Assembly (NCBI GenBank): GCA_030704615.1
Contig: CM060733.1
Location: forward strand, 10,850,001 to 10,914,000
DNA length: 64,000 nucleotides
Reading direction: 5' to 3'
Origin: Takakia lepidozioides
Lineage: Eukaryota > Plantae > Bryophyta
Part shown: piece by piece, positions 49,101 through 62,210 of the stretch
Layout: each line of letters opens with the position of its first letter
How positions within the stretch are numbered: the stretch's first letter is position 1
Notes under the pieces: generated by a model
The model's database searches: none
What the model saw: only the letters and a program-made list of their open reading frames with translations
Told to the model about the DNA's origin: nothing
Translations under genes and position numbers: made by a program

Positions 49101-52100
49101 CTTATGTGTATGATCTCTAGTTTCTCACAGTAATTAGCTTGGCATTCACTTTCTTTTACAATGTACTCATAAGACGTTGTTTGCCGTAGCCTTGTGGCCA
49201 TTGACCCCGCGCCCAGTTTGAGCGGAAACCAAAGGGACAGAACCTACCTCCGTCAGGGGCTGACATTGGTAGTAAGACTTACCTTTATAAATAGAATTAA
49301 TTCGGGTTTTCCAGATATCCTCTAGAAATCCCTTCACACAAGCATCAATCTGCTGTGTGTGATTTGCCCAAAAACTAGGCCTCAGAAGGGCCTGGGCTTT
49401 TGGCTCAGCCTCAAGACTCCTTGAACTTATTGATGAATCAGTTCACGTGAGTGAGGATGCAAATGGTCCAGAAGTCCATTCTGGCCAGTTCAGTGTTGGG
49501 TTGCCTCCATCAAAATCTGCTTACCTGGCCTGTGACAGTGCATCAATAAAACCTTCCAAGCTTTTAATAAAGCAGGCCTAGACCTGCCATCTCAACAGCT
49601 ATCTTGCAATCATGGGATGAGCTGAAACATCCCGCAATTCAGGCTGCTTCAGCATTCTTGATCAATAATTCTTCCCTGCAGTAGTCCCTGAGCAGCATGT
49701 GCATGATCAGCACCAAAGTTGTCCTGGCCCATACAGTTGAATTAGCTGATCTACAGAAGCTGGAGATAGGATGCGGTCTTATTAGTCAAGGATTCTCTCA
49801 CTTACATCAACCGTGGATGTTTGTGTTCGTGAGCCCATGTCAAAGTGGACAAAGATGCTTCACTGGCATACCCAATCTGTGCAGACTCAACCTGTTAATA
49901 TATTAAATATGCATGCTTGTTCAATAGCTTCGTTTTGCAGAATCACAGTTGAACTCTAATCTAACCTCCAGTCCATACATACATTCTTTCACAGGCAGCA
50001 TATTGATCCAGGAGGTTAGATGAATGATGTAGGGCTGATGGTGAGTATGAGCTGAGGTTGTGAAGTGGGTGCGTGCAGGAAGTGCAACAGGTCAGTGGAT
50101 TCAAGTGGAACAGCCTGTATCAATTAAGGCAGGCAGTAACGACATCGCACTTCTGTCCATGACTGTTGGTCTGCAGGTTCACTATTATGACCCCAGCCTT
50201 TGCATGAAGTTTGTGATTGGGCTGGCTCCTCTGTTGTGGAGGTTCTCTGTGTTGTCTCACTGGAAAATCACACTGATGAGCTTCTGACCTCATTGACGCT
50301 CATATCCTGCTACATCCAGGGGCACTAACTGGATTGCCAAATTGGCCCCTACACCTCAGTTCTCTCTTGAGAGGTTCTCTGTGAATCATACAAAACCTTG
50401 TAATTACGTTACATATAATTAGTAAAAATATCCTTAAATATCTAAAATAAGGTGTATTATGAGTAAAGATAATCCTGACCACTGTTTTGATTTGTCTCTG
50501 GAAGCTCTCTGCATATCTCAGGGACGTCTTGGGCGCACCTTGAGAGTCAGTTCTTACAACCTGCAGATCGAGCTGGGGCCCTCGAGTAGCACTCCAACCA
50601 AGACTAGAATCTGGCTTATTTGTACCACCTAGGAAGAAGAGACTTGAGTACCTTTAATTCTTCTCCTGTTCGTCTTACTACGAGATCTGAGGATGATATT
50701 ATATTTTCTTACAATTTGTGGCAGAAGCTTCAGCTTTGAGGTCCCGAAGTACAGTGAGAGAACCGGAGTATGAGGATACTTGCATACACATGCCCATGTG
50801 TATGAGCATCTGACAGAGTAGTGTGTCAATGTTGAGGTTGAAGTTTTGCTATGAGGTTTGAATGTACAAACTACGAATGTAACACCAACCAGTTGTATGA
50901 ATGGTTTTCACCTACCCTGTCACACCTAGTTATGTCAAACACCGTCTGGTTCCAAGGAGGATTACAATTTATCTCTCCAAGCACGTCGCTCTTGCATGGT
51001 ACTCAAAAAACGTTATCAGCTCGGAAGACATAATTTCCAGTATGTTTCCGGCATGAGCAGAATTATGGAGCATATCTGGAGAAAGAGGGTGCCGGTCTTC
51101 AAGGGTCCGTTACTTTACAAGGCCTACCATCTGGAAACCAGGATTTGACTACTGTAAGATGGGTGCACCAGGTATATGTCTCTCTCCCTCTCTCTTCTTG
51201 TGCAGTACCCACTAGAAGATCCAGTGTGGATACAGGCTTCTTTTGGAGATCCTTGTCCTTGGCAGAGGCCTTTTGTGAGGACATGAAATGCTGAAGATCT
51301 ACCTGCATGTTCCATCTTGCGGTATATGTCCAGATATATCCCACTGAGAGGGCTAGCATGATGCAATCTAAGCTTTGGTGTCTGGCATGCAGTGGTTCCT
51401 CCATCTTTCATTTTTCTTTCTCACGAAGAAGAGGGGAAACATTGCATAGCATGCTGTTATATAAGATCGTCTCTAAAGGGTGACAGTCTAAATGTACTGT
51501 ACTTACAAATTTCTAAAGCCACAAACAATGGTTTTGCGCTTTTCAATACATGTTCAGGTGGGATTGAAGGGAGAAGACTTGAAAATTTTCACACAGGGGG
51601 GTGCTGACAGTGTAACTTGGGATTCGCCATTCGCACTTCAACAATATACACCCCTCATCTGGTATAAGGTCAGTATCTCTACGATAATCCACTGTGAGCA
51701 AACAAAGTCTGTAGGACTAGACAAGGGATGGCTATAGATGGTTACATGGTTCTTATTTCTTACTGCTTGGTATCGATTGCATGTGCACTCCCTTCATTTC
51801 AATTTTCCATTCATGATGTCGTGCATGGGGTGGTGCAGACCAAGTTTGATGCACCACAGGGGAAGGAGCCTGTGGCACTAGATCTGGGCAGCATGGGCAA
51901 GGGGCAAGCATGGGTGAACGGAAAACATCTGGGCCGATTCTGGCCATCCCTGCATGCCCCTGAGACTGGTTGCTCTGATACTTGTGATTATCGTGGCACC
52001 TACTACGCCGAAAAATGTGTCACCAACTGTGGCCAACCTTCCCAGCGCTGGCAAGTTCTTCTGCATGTTAGAAATTGTAGTTGGTGGATATACCCCATTC

Positions 52101-55100
52101 TGAGTCTCTAGAAAGGTCATTATCTCGGACATTATAAAGTTACCTTCTTTTTGTTCTCTACCCCTCCCTCTACATCAAGAACACAGTCCCTGCACCTCTG
52201 TCCACCAAAGTTTCAAAATCTCAAGGCTGAGTGCGAAAGCCCTGGCCCTGTTGTGGTGTAACTGCTGGGCAGATCACACACAGCAGATTGGTTCTTGTGT
52301 GAAAGGCTTTCTAGAAGAAATCTGGAAAGCTTATATCACAGTAAGTCCCACTACTGGAGTGGACCCCTCACAAACGTTGTTTCTGTTCCCTTTTCTTCCG
52401 CCCAAACTGGGCGCGGGGTCTATGGCCACAAGGCTATTGCAAACATCATCTTGCGTGTGCATTCTCTTCCCTTTGGGCCTTCCAAGAAAGAGTTCTTGCG
52501 CTCTTTCTTATGTCTGTTCAAGGGGATCATGGTGAGGATAGCTATTCCCCCTAGGATGTGGGTGTTTCTTTCTTTTCTTCCCATAAGCTCTATGAGCTTT
52601 CTGCGGACGTTAGAAAGCACCATTTCCTTTCATGTCATTCTTTCTCATTTCTAATCTGTGGGGATGATGGTGAGGATAGTGGAGATTTATTATGCAGTCT
52701 GAGGCATTCTCTTTGAAAGCATCAAACAGACACCTGTCAAGAAGCTTGAGACAATGTGGAAGCTATGGCTTTCCTTGATTCTGATTTGGTGAATACTCAC
52801 ATCAAAATCATTCTAGAGTTCAGAATTTTCTAAAGAAAATTGAGGCGTAAATCCCACTACTGGAGTGCACCTTCAGTGTAGGACGAAGAAATTAAGCAAT
52901 TTGATGAGATATATGGAGAAAAGTCTTTCCATCCGATGGAGCGTACTCACGGCTTCCGTCTTTTCTTTCTACATATTTTTACATCCATATCAATTTGCTT
53001 CATTCAGGGTCCAGCTTAAGATCTTGCAGGTCTTATGAGTAGTTGAGAGAGATGTCTTGGTACTCTGCAGTTCTCCAAAAGGCAACTGGTGAATGCTTTT
53101 TCTAATGGCCATCCACCAAACCAGAGGGCATTGTGAAATCCACAATAGCATTTTTTAAGGGACAGGTGAGTTGTAGCGGATGAGCCCCCTTTAGAGAGAT
53201 CATGCCATGTTGCACCCAGAGCCCAGCAAGAAGATCAAAATCCCAGTGGGGCTGCTCACGTTTTCAGACAACTTACATGAATTGCAAAGCATCTTTAAAA
53301 AAACGGGTACCAGTTTTGCTCAGAAAATCTGCCTAACCCTTCTTTTTAATGTTCTGAAATGCATGTGTGGTGCAGGTACCACCTTCCACGTGCTTGGCTG
53401 AAGCCCAAGGACAATTTACTAGTCCTGTTTGAAGAAATGGGAGGTGATCCGTTACAGGTGTCAATGGTGACAGTATCACAGGACGCTGTTTGTGGTCATA
53501 TGTCAGACTCACACCCGGCACCCTTTCACATGAGGATGCATAATGCAACACAATATACAGTGCCTTCTGCAGGGATGCGGCTTGAGTGCGCAAAAGGCTA
53601 CAAGATTCTGGACATTGCCTTTGCGAGTTTTGGTAATCCAGAGGGCAAGTGTGGCAACTTCCACCAAGGGACCTGTCATGCTGTGAATTCTCTCGCCGCT
53701 GTTCATGAGGTTAGTATGATTCCAGCATCAATGACACATCAAAAGGATACTGTAGGATCTCTCTCTCTCTCTCTCTGCACTAGACTGAAATTTGAACTCA
53801 GGGCCAGAAGCCTACCTTTGAACAGCAAACAGAAGCAGAGAGGAATGATTGGCCGTTGTGTGGGCAACCTGAAGACAATATTCATTTTCTGATCCTTTGT
53901 CCCGGGTTCTCACCAGAGAGACGCTCTCTTCAAATCTATCAAGGGAATTGTGCTTATACCTCTGTTTACCAATTTTGAAAGTCTCGAGGCTGAGCCAAAA
54001 TCCCACGCCCTTTCGGGGCCTAGTTATTGGACAAACCACACACAGCAGGTTGATGCTTGTGTAAGGTCTTTCTAGCGGATATCTGGAAAACCCGGATCAA
54101 TTGTTTATTCCAGATAAGTCTTACTACCGGCGTCAGCCCCTGACAAAGGTGGGTTCTGTCCCTTTGTGTTCCGCTCAAACTGGGCGCCAGGTCAATGGAC
54201 ACAAGGCTACAGCAAACAACGTCTTATGAGTACTCGTCTGCAGAGTTATAAGTACTCGTCTCGAGGTTGATCTGGAGTCTAGAGGTTGTTTCCACGAAGG
54301 CCAAGCTGGCTTTCGGCGAAACAGGGGCTGTGTGGATCATATCTTCACTCTAAGCCAGATTATCCAGGGAAGGAAAAAAGAAGGGAAACCCACTTATGTC
54401 TTTTTCCTGGATGTCAAAAAGGCTTATGACACAGTGTGGAGAGATGGCCTATGGTTCCGCCTCTGTCTTGTGGGATCAAGGGAAAGATGTGGAGAGTTGT
54501 CCACAACTTGTATGCTCACACCAAAAGCTGTGTCACTGTTAACGGACAGAAGTCCAACTTCTTTGACATAAACCAAGGTGTAGCTCAAGGATGTACTCTC
54601 TCCCCTCTGCTCTTCAATGTTTTCATCAATCAACTCCTCGAGGATGTGGAAAGTGAGGGATTTGGGTTAAGGGTGGGTGATACCACCATACCAGCCCTTA
54701 TGTTTGCGGATGACTTCGCAGGCATAGGGGAGACTCCAACCAATCTCCAGGAGTTGATTGATTGCGCGAAGAGATACTTTGATCTTTGGGGGCTAGAGGC
54801 TAATGTCAGCAAATGTGCAGTGGTAGCATTCAACGACAGAGGGGAGGGAGGAAGTGATCTTAAGTGGCAGTGGGGTAGCCAAGAGATCCCGGTCCTCCCT
54901 TCCTACACTTACCTGGGCGTTGAGTTCTCCTCCAATTGTAATTGGGATGCACATATCCGGAAAGTTGTTCAAACTGGCAAGGGCAAAGCTCTGGGGCTCA
55001 CTAAATTTTTCCACTGCAGAGGGGTCAACTCTGAGGTTAAGAAAACCATGCTTTGTCGCGTTATTAGACCTGCCTTGGAGTATGGATCTGCTATATGGGT

Positions 55101-57076
55101 TGATAACTCCAACCAGGCTAAGTCTCTAGAATCCATTCAAGTGGGGGTGCTTAAGGAGTGTATGTCAGCATGCTCCAAAACAGCCAATGTGGCTGTTCGG
55201 GGTGAGTTTGGCATTCCGTCCTTAAGCTCCCGACGAGATGAATTCAAGGTCAGATGGTGGGGTCAGCTGCAACATATGCCCAACACCCGATATCCTAAGT
55301 TAATCGACTCTATATCTTGGAAACAGGACCGCCCTGTCAAACAGGCTAAGTCCTGGCAGAAGAGAGTAGAAGAGATCCTCAAGGACCTGGACCTGGATCC
55401 GCAAGTCTTGACCCTGCTGGATAAATCTGACTTAGAGGCTGTAGTGTCCTCAGCCATGTCTGTTGCCATGAGATTGTCTGATGAAAATGAAGTTAGGCAG
55501 AAAACTTCCCTGAACTTGTTTCCAGTCTGTGACATGGGGGAGGACATCTTGGATGACCTCAAGGGTCTACCCACTCTCGGCACTAGACTGAAATTTAAAC
55601 TCGGGCAGGAAGCCTACCTTTGAACAGCAAACAGAAGCAGAGAGGAAAGGGAGAGTGCAATTGCCCGTTGTGTGGGCAATCTGAAGACAGTATTCATTTT
55701 CTGATACACTGTCCGGGGTTCTCTCACCAAAGAGACGCTCTCTTCAAATCTATTAAGGGAATTGTGGCTGTACCCCTGTTTACCAACTTTGAAAGTCTCG
55801 AGGCTGAGCCAAAAGCCCAGGCCCTCCTGAGGCCTAGTTTTTGGGCAAATCACACACAGCAGATTGATGCTTGTGTGAAGGGATTTCTAGAGGATATCTG
55901 GAAAACCCGGATTAATTCTTTATATGGAGGTAAGTCTTACTACCAACGTCAGCCCCTGACAGAGGTAGGTTCTGTCCCTTTTGTTCCCGCTCAAACTGGG
56001 CGCGGGGTCAATGGCCACAAGGCAAACAACGTCTTATGAGTACAATCTCGCTCTCTTTACCAACTTCAAAAATCTCGAGGCTGAGCCAAAAGCTCAGGCC
56101 CTTTTGGGGCCTAGTTATTGGGCAAATCACACACAGCAATAGATGCTTGTGTAAATGGATTTCTAGAGGATATCTGGAAAATTCGAATTAATTGTCTGTT
56201 CCAAGGTTGTTTCTGTCCCTTTGTGTTCCGCTCAAACTGGGCGTGGGGTCACTGGCCACAAGGCTCTGGAAAACGTCTTATGAGTATATTCTCTCTCTCT
56301 CTTTAAACTCAGGGCAAGGAGTCTATCTTGGAACAATACACAGATGCAGAAGGGAGATTGTCAATGCCCAATGTGCGGGCGGCCTGAAGACTATCCTTTT
56401 TTGATACAATGACCGGGGTATTCTCATCAGAGAGCAACCCTCTTCAGGATAATCAAAGACATAGTCCCTGCACCTCTGTGGACTAAGAAGTTTCTCTCTA
56501 TCTTGTGGATGACCTCAAGTTTACCCACTCTCAGCACTAGACTGAAATTTAAACTCGAGGGGGAAGCCTACCTTTGAACAGCAAACAGATGCAGAGAGGA
56601 AAGGGGGATTGCAAATACCCGTTGTGTGGGCAAACTGAAGACAATATCCACTTTCGGACTCATTGTCCTGGGTACTTTCACCAGAGAGACGCCCTGTGCA
56701 AATTCATCAAGGGATTTGTTCCTGTACCTCAGTTTACCAACGTCGAAAATCTCAAGGCTGAGCCAAAAGCCCAGGCCCTTTTGGGGCCAAGTTCGAGATT
56801 TTGTAAATACTTCAATTGTCCTGGGCATGCGGTGGGGTGCAGGCATGTATGGGGAAGCAGCAATGCACGATAGCTGTAGCTTGGTCAACCTTTGGTGCAG
56901 TTGATCCTTGCCCCACATTGCCCAAGAGTTTGGCTGTCCAGGTTCACTGTTCCACTATGCACCACAATAAGTATGAGGAGCCTCTTGCATATCCCCATCA
57001 CATGTGGCAGCGATCAAACGACGGGCCGACGCATCTTTCAAGGGTAAAGCATCCTTTGGGTTATCTCAGCATGTGA
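40158..57076 (+). CDS. BGAL: Beta-galactosidase, glycoside hydrolase family 35 (BGAL9-like), with signal peptide and C-terminal galactose-binding (SUEL) lectin domain; 19 exons
   Basis: Exons 40158-40364 ([22 protein letters not shown]), 41374-41469, 41594-41706, 41958-42024, 42746-42838 (QGGPIILAQ), 43454-43597 (IENEYG), 43779-43867 (WTEDWNGW), 45899-46004, 46312-46399, 46697-46821, 47057-47218, 47413-47657, 48974-49089, 50079-50176, 51061-51171, 51558-51668, 51839-52050, 53376-53709 and 56843-57076. Early exon sizes (96, 113, 67, 93, 144, 89, 106, 88 bp) fit the usual plant BGAL structure. Confidence 0.95.
43911..45665 (+). mobile_element. Tandem stack of four fragments of non-LTR retrotransposon family A in BGAL intron 7
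   Basis: About 43911-44627, 44629-45100, 45128-45402 and 45403-45665 each match parts of 55310-56043 ([56 protein letters not shown]). Confidence 0.9.
48080..48530 (+). mobile_element. 3' fragment of non-LTR retrotransposon family B (C-terminal CCHC zinc-finger region, (CATTT)n tail)
   Basis: ORF 48060-48413 reads [16 protein letters not shown]...EDRLCPAC...[13 protein letters not shown], followed by a short 3' UTR and catttcatttcatttcatt. Confidence 0.85.
49160..49418 (-). mobile_element. Antisense 3' fragment of LINE family A (a shorter antisense 3' tip lies at about 43130-43172)
   Basis: Reverse complement of the family A 3' end (gtactcataagacgttgtttgccgtagccttgtggcc...). Confidence 0.9.
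52186..52640 (+). mobile_element. Degenerate LINE family A 3' fragment (about 52186-52470) followed by a family B 3' tip (about 52555-52640)
   Basis: cacacacagcagattg...cccaaactgggcgcgggg...ggccacaaggcta, then cccataagctctatgagctttctgcggacgtta...caccatttc. Confidence 0.75.
53777..54240 (+). mobile_element. LINE family A 3' fragment inserted after a (CT)n tract
   Basis: tctctctctctctctctc is followed directly by gcactagactgaaatttgaactc...aacaacgtcttatgagtac. Confidence 0.9.
54245..56043 (+). mobile_element. 5'-truncated non-LTR retrotransposon (LINE family A) encoding reverse transcriptase and a C-terminal zinc finger; two frameshifts
   Basis: [17 protein letters not shown]...[44 protein letters not shown] and [18 protein letters not shown]. 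Frameshifts near 54465 and 55603; no endonuclease domain or ORF1 seen. Confidence 0.95.
56053..56790 (+). mobile_element. Three further LINE family A fragments stacked behind the main copy
   Basis: About 56053-56302, 56303-56480 and 56505-56790 repeat family A segments, separated by short CT-rich tracts. Confidence 0.85.
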
Positions 57077-57444
57077 TGCAACATTGAGGAATGTATCTGA
57101 TCCCTTTGTTAGCAACTTTGAATTTTGGAGTTTGAACTTCTGTGCATATGGTGAGATATGTGATCTTATACATCAACTTGAGAGAAGAGCTTGGGATGTT
57201 TATTATGAGAAAGACACTGGTCCTTGGAAGGGGAATGCTTGTAGCAGTTCCTGGATTGGTTTGGAATTTTTGTGTGAGGCATATAGCTTCCACTTGAAGC
57301 AGATGGACTGATGGAAGCAAGCTACCATCTTGGTTCAGTATTCTGACAATTCATGTCTTTGTAGCCAGATTATTTTACCCTAACAGTGCGATAATCTGTG
57401 TTAAATCCATAGCAATTCAGTTCTATGTCTCTGTCTCTCTCTCG

Positions 57445-57570
57445 TTGGGTCTTGTTCTGCCCGAAGTGGGGACAGGGTCTATGGCCACAAGGCTATGGCA
57501 AACAATGTCAATACATTCTCTCTCTTCATAATGAGGATCAGAGATGCCTGGCAGCACATCTGCATGTTGC
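57445..57570 (+). mobile_element. Short degenerate tips of LINE family A and family B downstream of BGAL
   Basis: ggccacaaggctatggcaaacaatgtcaatacattctctctct, then aatgaggatcagagatgcctggcagc. Confidence 0.65.
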
Positions 57571-60500
57571 TTTCCAACTTAAAATAAACTTTGGACCACA
57601 GGCTCCCTTTATGAAGTTCCTTCTTTCTCCCATACATGTAATGAATTTCTTTGTTTTTGGTTATCCTACCAAATTCTTCATGGGTCTTCAGGACCGATGT
57701 GGAAGTTATAAAGTTTTTCTTCCTGTTCCTTGTTGTTTTGAGCATACTGGGTGAACTGAGGCAAATGCCTTTTGTCTCTTACAGATTCTCAATCTTTACA
57801 GAAGCATCTTTGGATGTGTAAAATTTCTGAAACTGGTCTTTGTTCATTGTCCCTGCATAGGCCCTGTGGACTTTATAGAGTTTCGTTTTCTCTTTCCCTC
57901 AGTTGTCTGTCTATGGTCTTGTGGACAAATAAAGGGTGTCTTAGGATCACACCGTCCCCAACATTAGGCATTCTTACAACAAAATCGGAATTTCATCAAT
58001 CAATGGACGGAGGAACCAATCCCAATGTGGAAAATTTGGAACTGGAGTGGAATAAAATCCAAAAAGTAAATCAATTAATGAATCACTATCACTCTTGAAA
58101 TTAGCCTGAATTCAACTTGCATGCCGCAATGAAATTGGTAGGAGGGTCCAAATATTCCCCTGATAACAAAGATTTTCCTACAATTTTGTAAAACGATTCA
58201 GTGAAGTGAATTCCTAACAAATGATGTGTTTGATGGGATCTCAAGATCTGTAGATGTCCAAATCCACAGTTTTCCCTTCAAAAGTTACGTTGTTCCCACA
58301 TGCCAGAGCTGTTGAGGTTGTCTGGATATCCATGTCCACAGGCCGCCTCAAGAACATTTTCTTCCAGAATCCTATAGGACACGACGGGATCATTAGCCTA
58401 GTGAGTCAATTATTCCAAGTGTATAGACCAACCAGTATATTTATTGGCTCTGTCCCACGAGGGATAGAGGCATTGTGGAGACATCTTGCCTAGGGGGAGA
58501 ACTAGGCTTATCCATTAAGCCTAGTCTATGGAGGGTTGATGGGCATGATTCATGAAGCCGTGGAAAAAGTATAAAACAACAACCCCAAAATCACCCCAGG
58601 AAAGAGCAAGGACAGAGCCTCTTGTGGCGGAGCTGCTTGTTTATATACTTCATCTCCTGGCGCGATTTCATCTGCTGCCACAATTTCATTTTCTGACGCA
58701 ATTTCCATCTGCTGCCGCAATTTTTCATCTATTGGTGCGATATTTCTCCATGTGGTCTATTCAAATGTAGTTTGTTTGATGGGAATTCTAATTGATCATT
58801 TCCTTTGTCTGAAAGCAAATCACCAAAACATGACATCTGATGGCCATGGGCAATGCAATTGAATTGGTTAGACATCATTCCCTAGGGGGACGAGCATAAC
58901 TATTATAGGTGAAAGTAGCACCGCGAACATAGTGTGACACATGATGCTCATTGTTGTAAATTTTGTACCTCATAACACTAAAACTGAAAAAACTAATGAA
59001 CGCATAAGACCATAACAAAGTGAATAAGATTGAGAGGATAAGACCACAAAAACAAAGAATTTGGTGCAAGATAGAAATCGGAAGGCTAACCAGGTTAACC
59101 CATTCATTATATATTGGCTATTTAATTCTTTTTAAATGATCATTTTGGCATATTTAAACGATAAACTCTCTTTTTTCCTTTTCTTTTAAAGGAAAATACC
59201 TGGTAGCGACGTAGCGACCGCTCACAAATCAGGCCCCTTAAATAGAGTGAGAGGAGAAAATAACCTCTTTCATAGTAACCTCACCACTCTCCTTTGATGC
59301 GCTGGTCCTCTGCCGCTTTCTTGTTACTATTTTCTACTTTCTCTTTCTCCTTCCCCCTAGGTCCTGGGAGCTCCCCCATGCGTCCTTGCCTTCATGGCTA
59401 CTTGGTGGTTATTTTTTCCACTATCTTTGTCCCCCCTTTGCCTTCATCAATAACTTGATCTGTCCCCTGTTCTCTAAACTAAATAATAAATAAATGAATA
59501 AACCCTCGCCATGAGGCGCCAAGCACAGGGACACCGCCCAAGGGAAGGGGATTATACCACGAGTCCCTTTTTTCTTTTTTTCTTTTTTTCTTTTTTTTAA
59601 TTTTAGAATTTTATCTCTTTGAAAGTAAGTTACTCTTGTTGGCCCTCTGGTCACTGGCTTGCCTTCCCTAACTGTATGTGTACCGGCCTTTTGGCTCTCT
59701 TACAAGGTTATTTTTTCCTTGTTCGCTTCTTAATTTGATTACCAAAGCACTGCCCCGCACTTCACTTTCTTTTCCAAAAAACAAAAATTAATATTGACAA
59801 CCATAGAATAATCACAGGATGTACTATATGGTGTGCTATAAAGATCGGTTAGAGAAAGATAAATTTTACTAATAGGGAACTTCCAACTTCTTGTCAATAT
59901 GCTGTCAATATTAGTCACTAGAGTAAAGTTAATTTAAAAAATCCTTTTGTAAGTCAAAGTTTAGGAAGAAGACCTGCTTTTATCCCCCCCCCACTTTCTA
60001 ACCAGCCCTTTTTTTTGCATTTCTGCATAGGCGTGGACGTGGTGTCGGAAGTCACGCCCCGGCCCCAAGAGTTGATGAAAATGCCAGGTGAAATCCTAGA
60101 GCGCAAGAGCTAGCCCATCCCTTGTAGTGGAAATGTCATATAATGGAGTGAATGTTTGTCTCACAGTCCTAAATGGCATAAAGGGGTCGGGTTGGCACCG
60201 CCCTCTGTCACGGCCCGCAAGCCTCAATCCACCATTCTGGGGGTAATAAACAATGTTGGACTGGTATCACAAAAATATGATACCACACTGGTCCTGGTAT
60301 TACAAGGGCCCATATTTCCCAAGACTGGTATGGTCCTGCTATTGGGGTAAGGGGGCCGGGTAGGGTATAGGAGGGGTATCAATAACCTAACTTTGTGGAT
60401 GCATAGCAGTAGGGTATCAATATTTGTTTTTTTCCATCTCATATGGGGAAATATGAATATTGCCCGGGTAGGTATATGGACTATTCAATATATTCAATAA

Positions 60501-60656
60501 CCTGAAAAACAATTGACCTTCACATGATCACAATCTCAACACAAATGCACACATACTTACAAGACCGGAGTGGAGCTCACACAAGTATCAAAAAGCTGCC
60601 ATAAATGCCATAAATGTCATAAATGCCCTTGCCTAACTCCACACATACACCTACTA

Positions 60657-61560
60657 CAGTCAAACTTGGATAATTGTTATGCTCCAAGAGTAGGAACTCT
60701 ATAACAGCCTAAATAACAGTAAAACCGGTTGAAATTTCATAATGTAACAATTAGAAATTTAACATTAAAACAGGTCCTTCAGATGTAAGATAGCATTTAG
60801 AAGAGGGCAGAAAATATGACGTCATGTCTCTCTGCCGGCAGTTTGTCTTGCTTAGCAAAATGCAATTCCTTCTCCATGGATAAAACACTTTGAAAGAGCA
60901 GCACCAGTGTCGTAAGTATGTTGTGCACGCTACAAATGAACCGTTTCTATAGCCCTTTTGACCTTAGAATAAGAGACTGAAGGTATGATCTTCAAACTCG
61001 AGGTATTCCAAAACGTCCATAGTAGGCGCCGTAGTAGGTGAGTCAATGTCATGATGGACCGAGAGCTCAGCTAACTGTTCTAATAACTTGTCAATCTCTG
61101 CAAGCTCAACCTGAGGACCATGTACAGGTGAACGGTGAACGTACATAGTGCTTAACCTACTTTTCTCTCTTTCCATAAACATTCGCAGTATCCTACCAAG
61201 AGGTTCTTGAGTTCCCTAGAGGCCCCCCAGACCCTAACAGGCGACGATTAGGGTTCTCCTTGCCATTTCAATAGTTCAAATGCCCATCTCAATATTGAAA
61301 TGGCCATTTCAATAGTTCAAATGTCCATTTCAATAGTGAATTTGAATTTGAATATTAGTACCATTTTTATTTTATTGTTATTATTTTATTGAATGTAACA
61401 ATTACAGAGGTGTTTTAACAAGAGGAGAGTAGGTATTCAATAACAAATAACAATAACACTCTTTTTGTCATTCTTAGTGTATATTTTTACAGAGTAAGAA
61501 AACCATAACGTTTAGGATGATATAACAAAAAAAGATATAACATTTATATAGGTTTGACTA
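60657..61560. mobile_element. Non-autonomous pogo/Tc1-mariner-like DNA transposon (about 900 bp)
   Basis: Left end TA-cagtcaaacttggataattgttat versus reverse-complemented right end TA-tagtcaaacctatataaatgttat: 21/26 identical including the TA flanks. A CAGT..AAC start with a TA target is typical of pogo-like elements. Confidence 0.65.
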
Positions 61561-62210
61561 TATGCCGTATAATGGAGTCTCACATCGCAACAATACTAAT
61601 ATCAAAATAGCAATCTCGTCCACGCAATACCAGATAGGTATGCTGTACACCGCAGTATGGAGCGAGATGTGTATTGCCCCTAGTATGGTATTGCCCGGGT
61701 ATTGGCCACCCTACCTACCAGCTGGGTAATATGGTCTTACCTACCCGGATTGATATCAGTATTGATACCCCGGTTGGACCTATATACCGTTCCAAACATT
61801 GGTAATAACAGGTGTTGTCCTGGTATTGTGGGTCTTCCCGGGTATCAATAGTAGGTATCAGCAGGTTCTTCGAGAACCTACCAGTCGGGTACGTGATAGG
61901 TCGAATACCCAAGGCACACTGGCATGGATTACAGTTGGAGGCTCCTATTTCATATCGGGTTGTTACCATTATTGTGCGGCTATGAGAGCTTAATATTCAT
62001 ACTACAAGCACGTATCGCTGGAGATTTGGTTGTGCATCCTGGGTAGGGTATCGCAAACACTAAAGACACGTAATGGGGTGACGCCGCCATTTGAATATTC
62101 GAATGAGCCATTTGAATAGTTCAAATATTGAAATGGATTTGGGCTATTCATATGGCCATTTGAATATTGGAATGAGCCATTTGAATAGTTCAAATGACCA
62201 TTTCAATTTT
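61262..62210. repeat. Two clusters (61262-61340 and 62085-62210) of a roughly 20-bp quasi-palindromic repeat gccattt(c/g)aatagttcaaat
   Basis: Direct reading of repeated gccatttcaatagttcaaat / gccatttgaatagttcaaat units. Confidence 0.8.
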
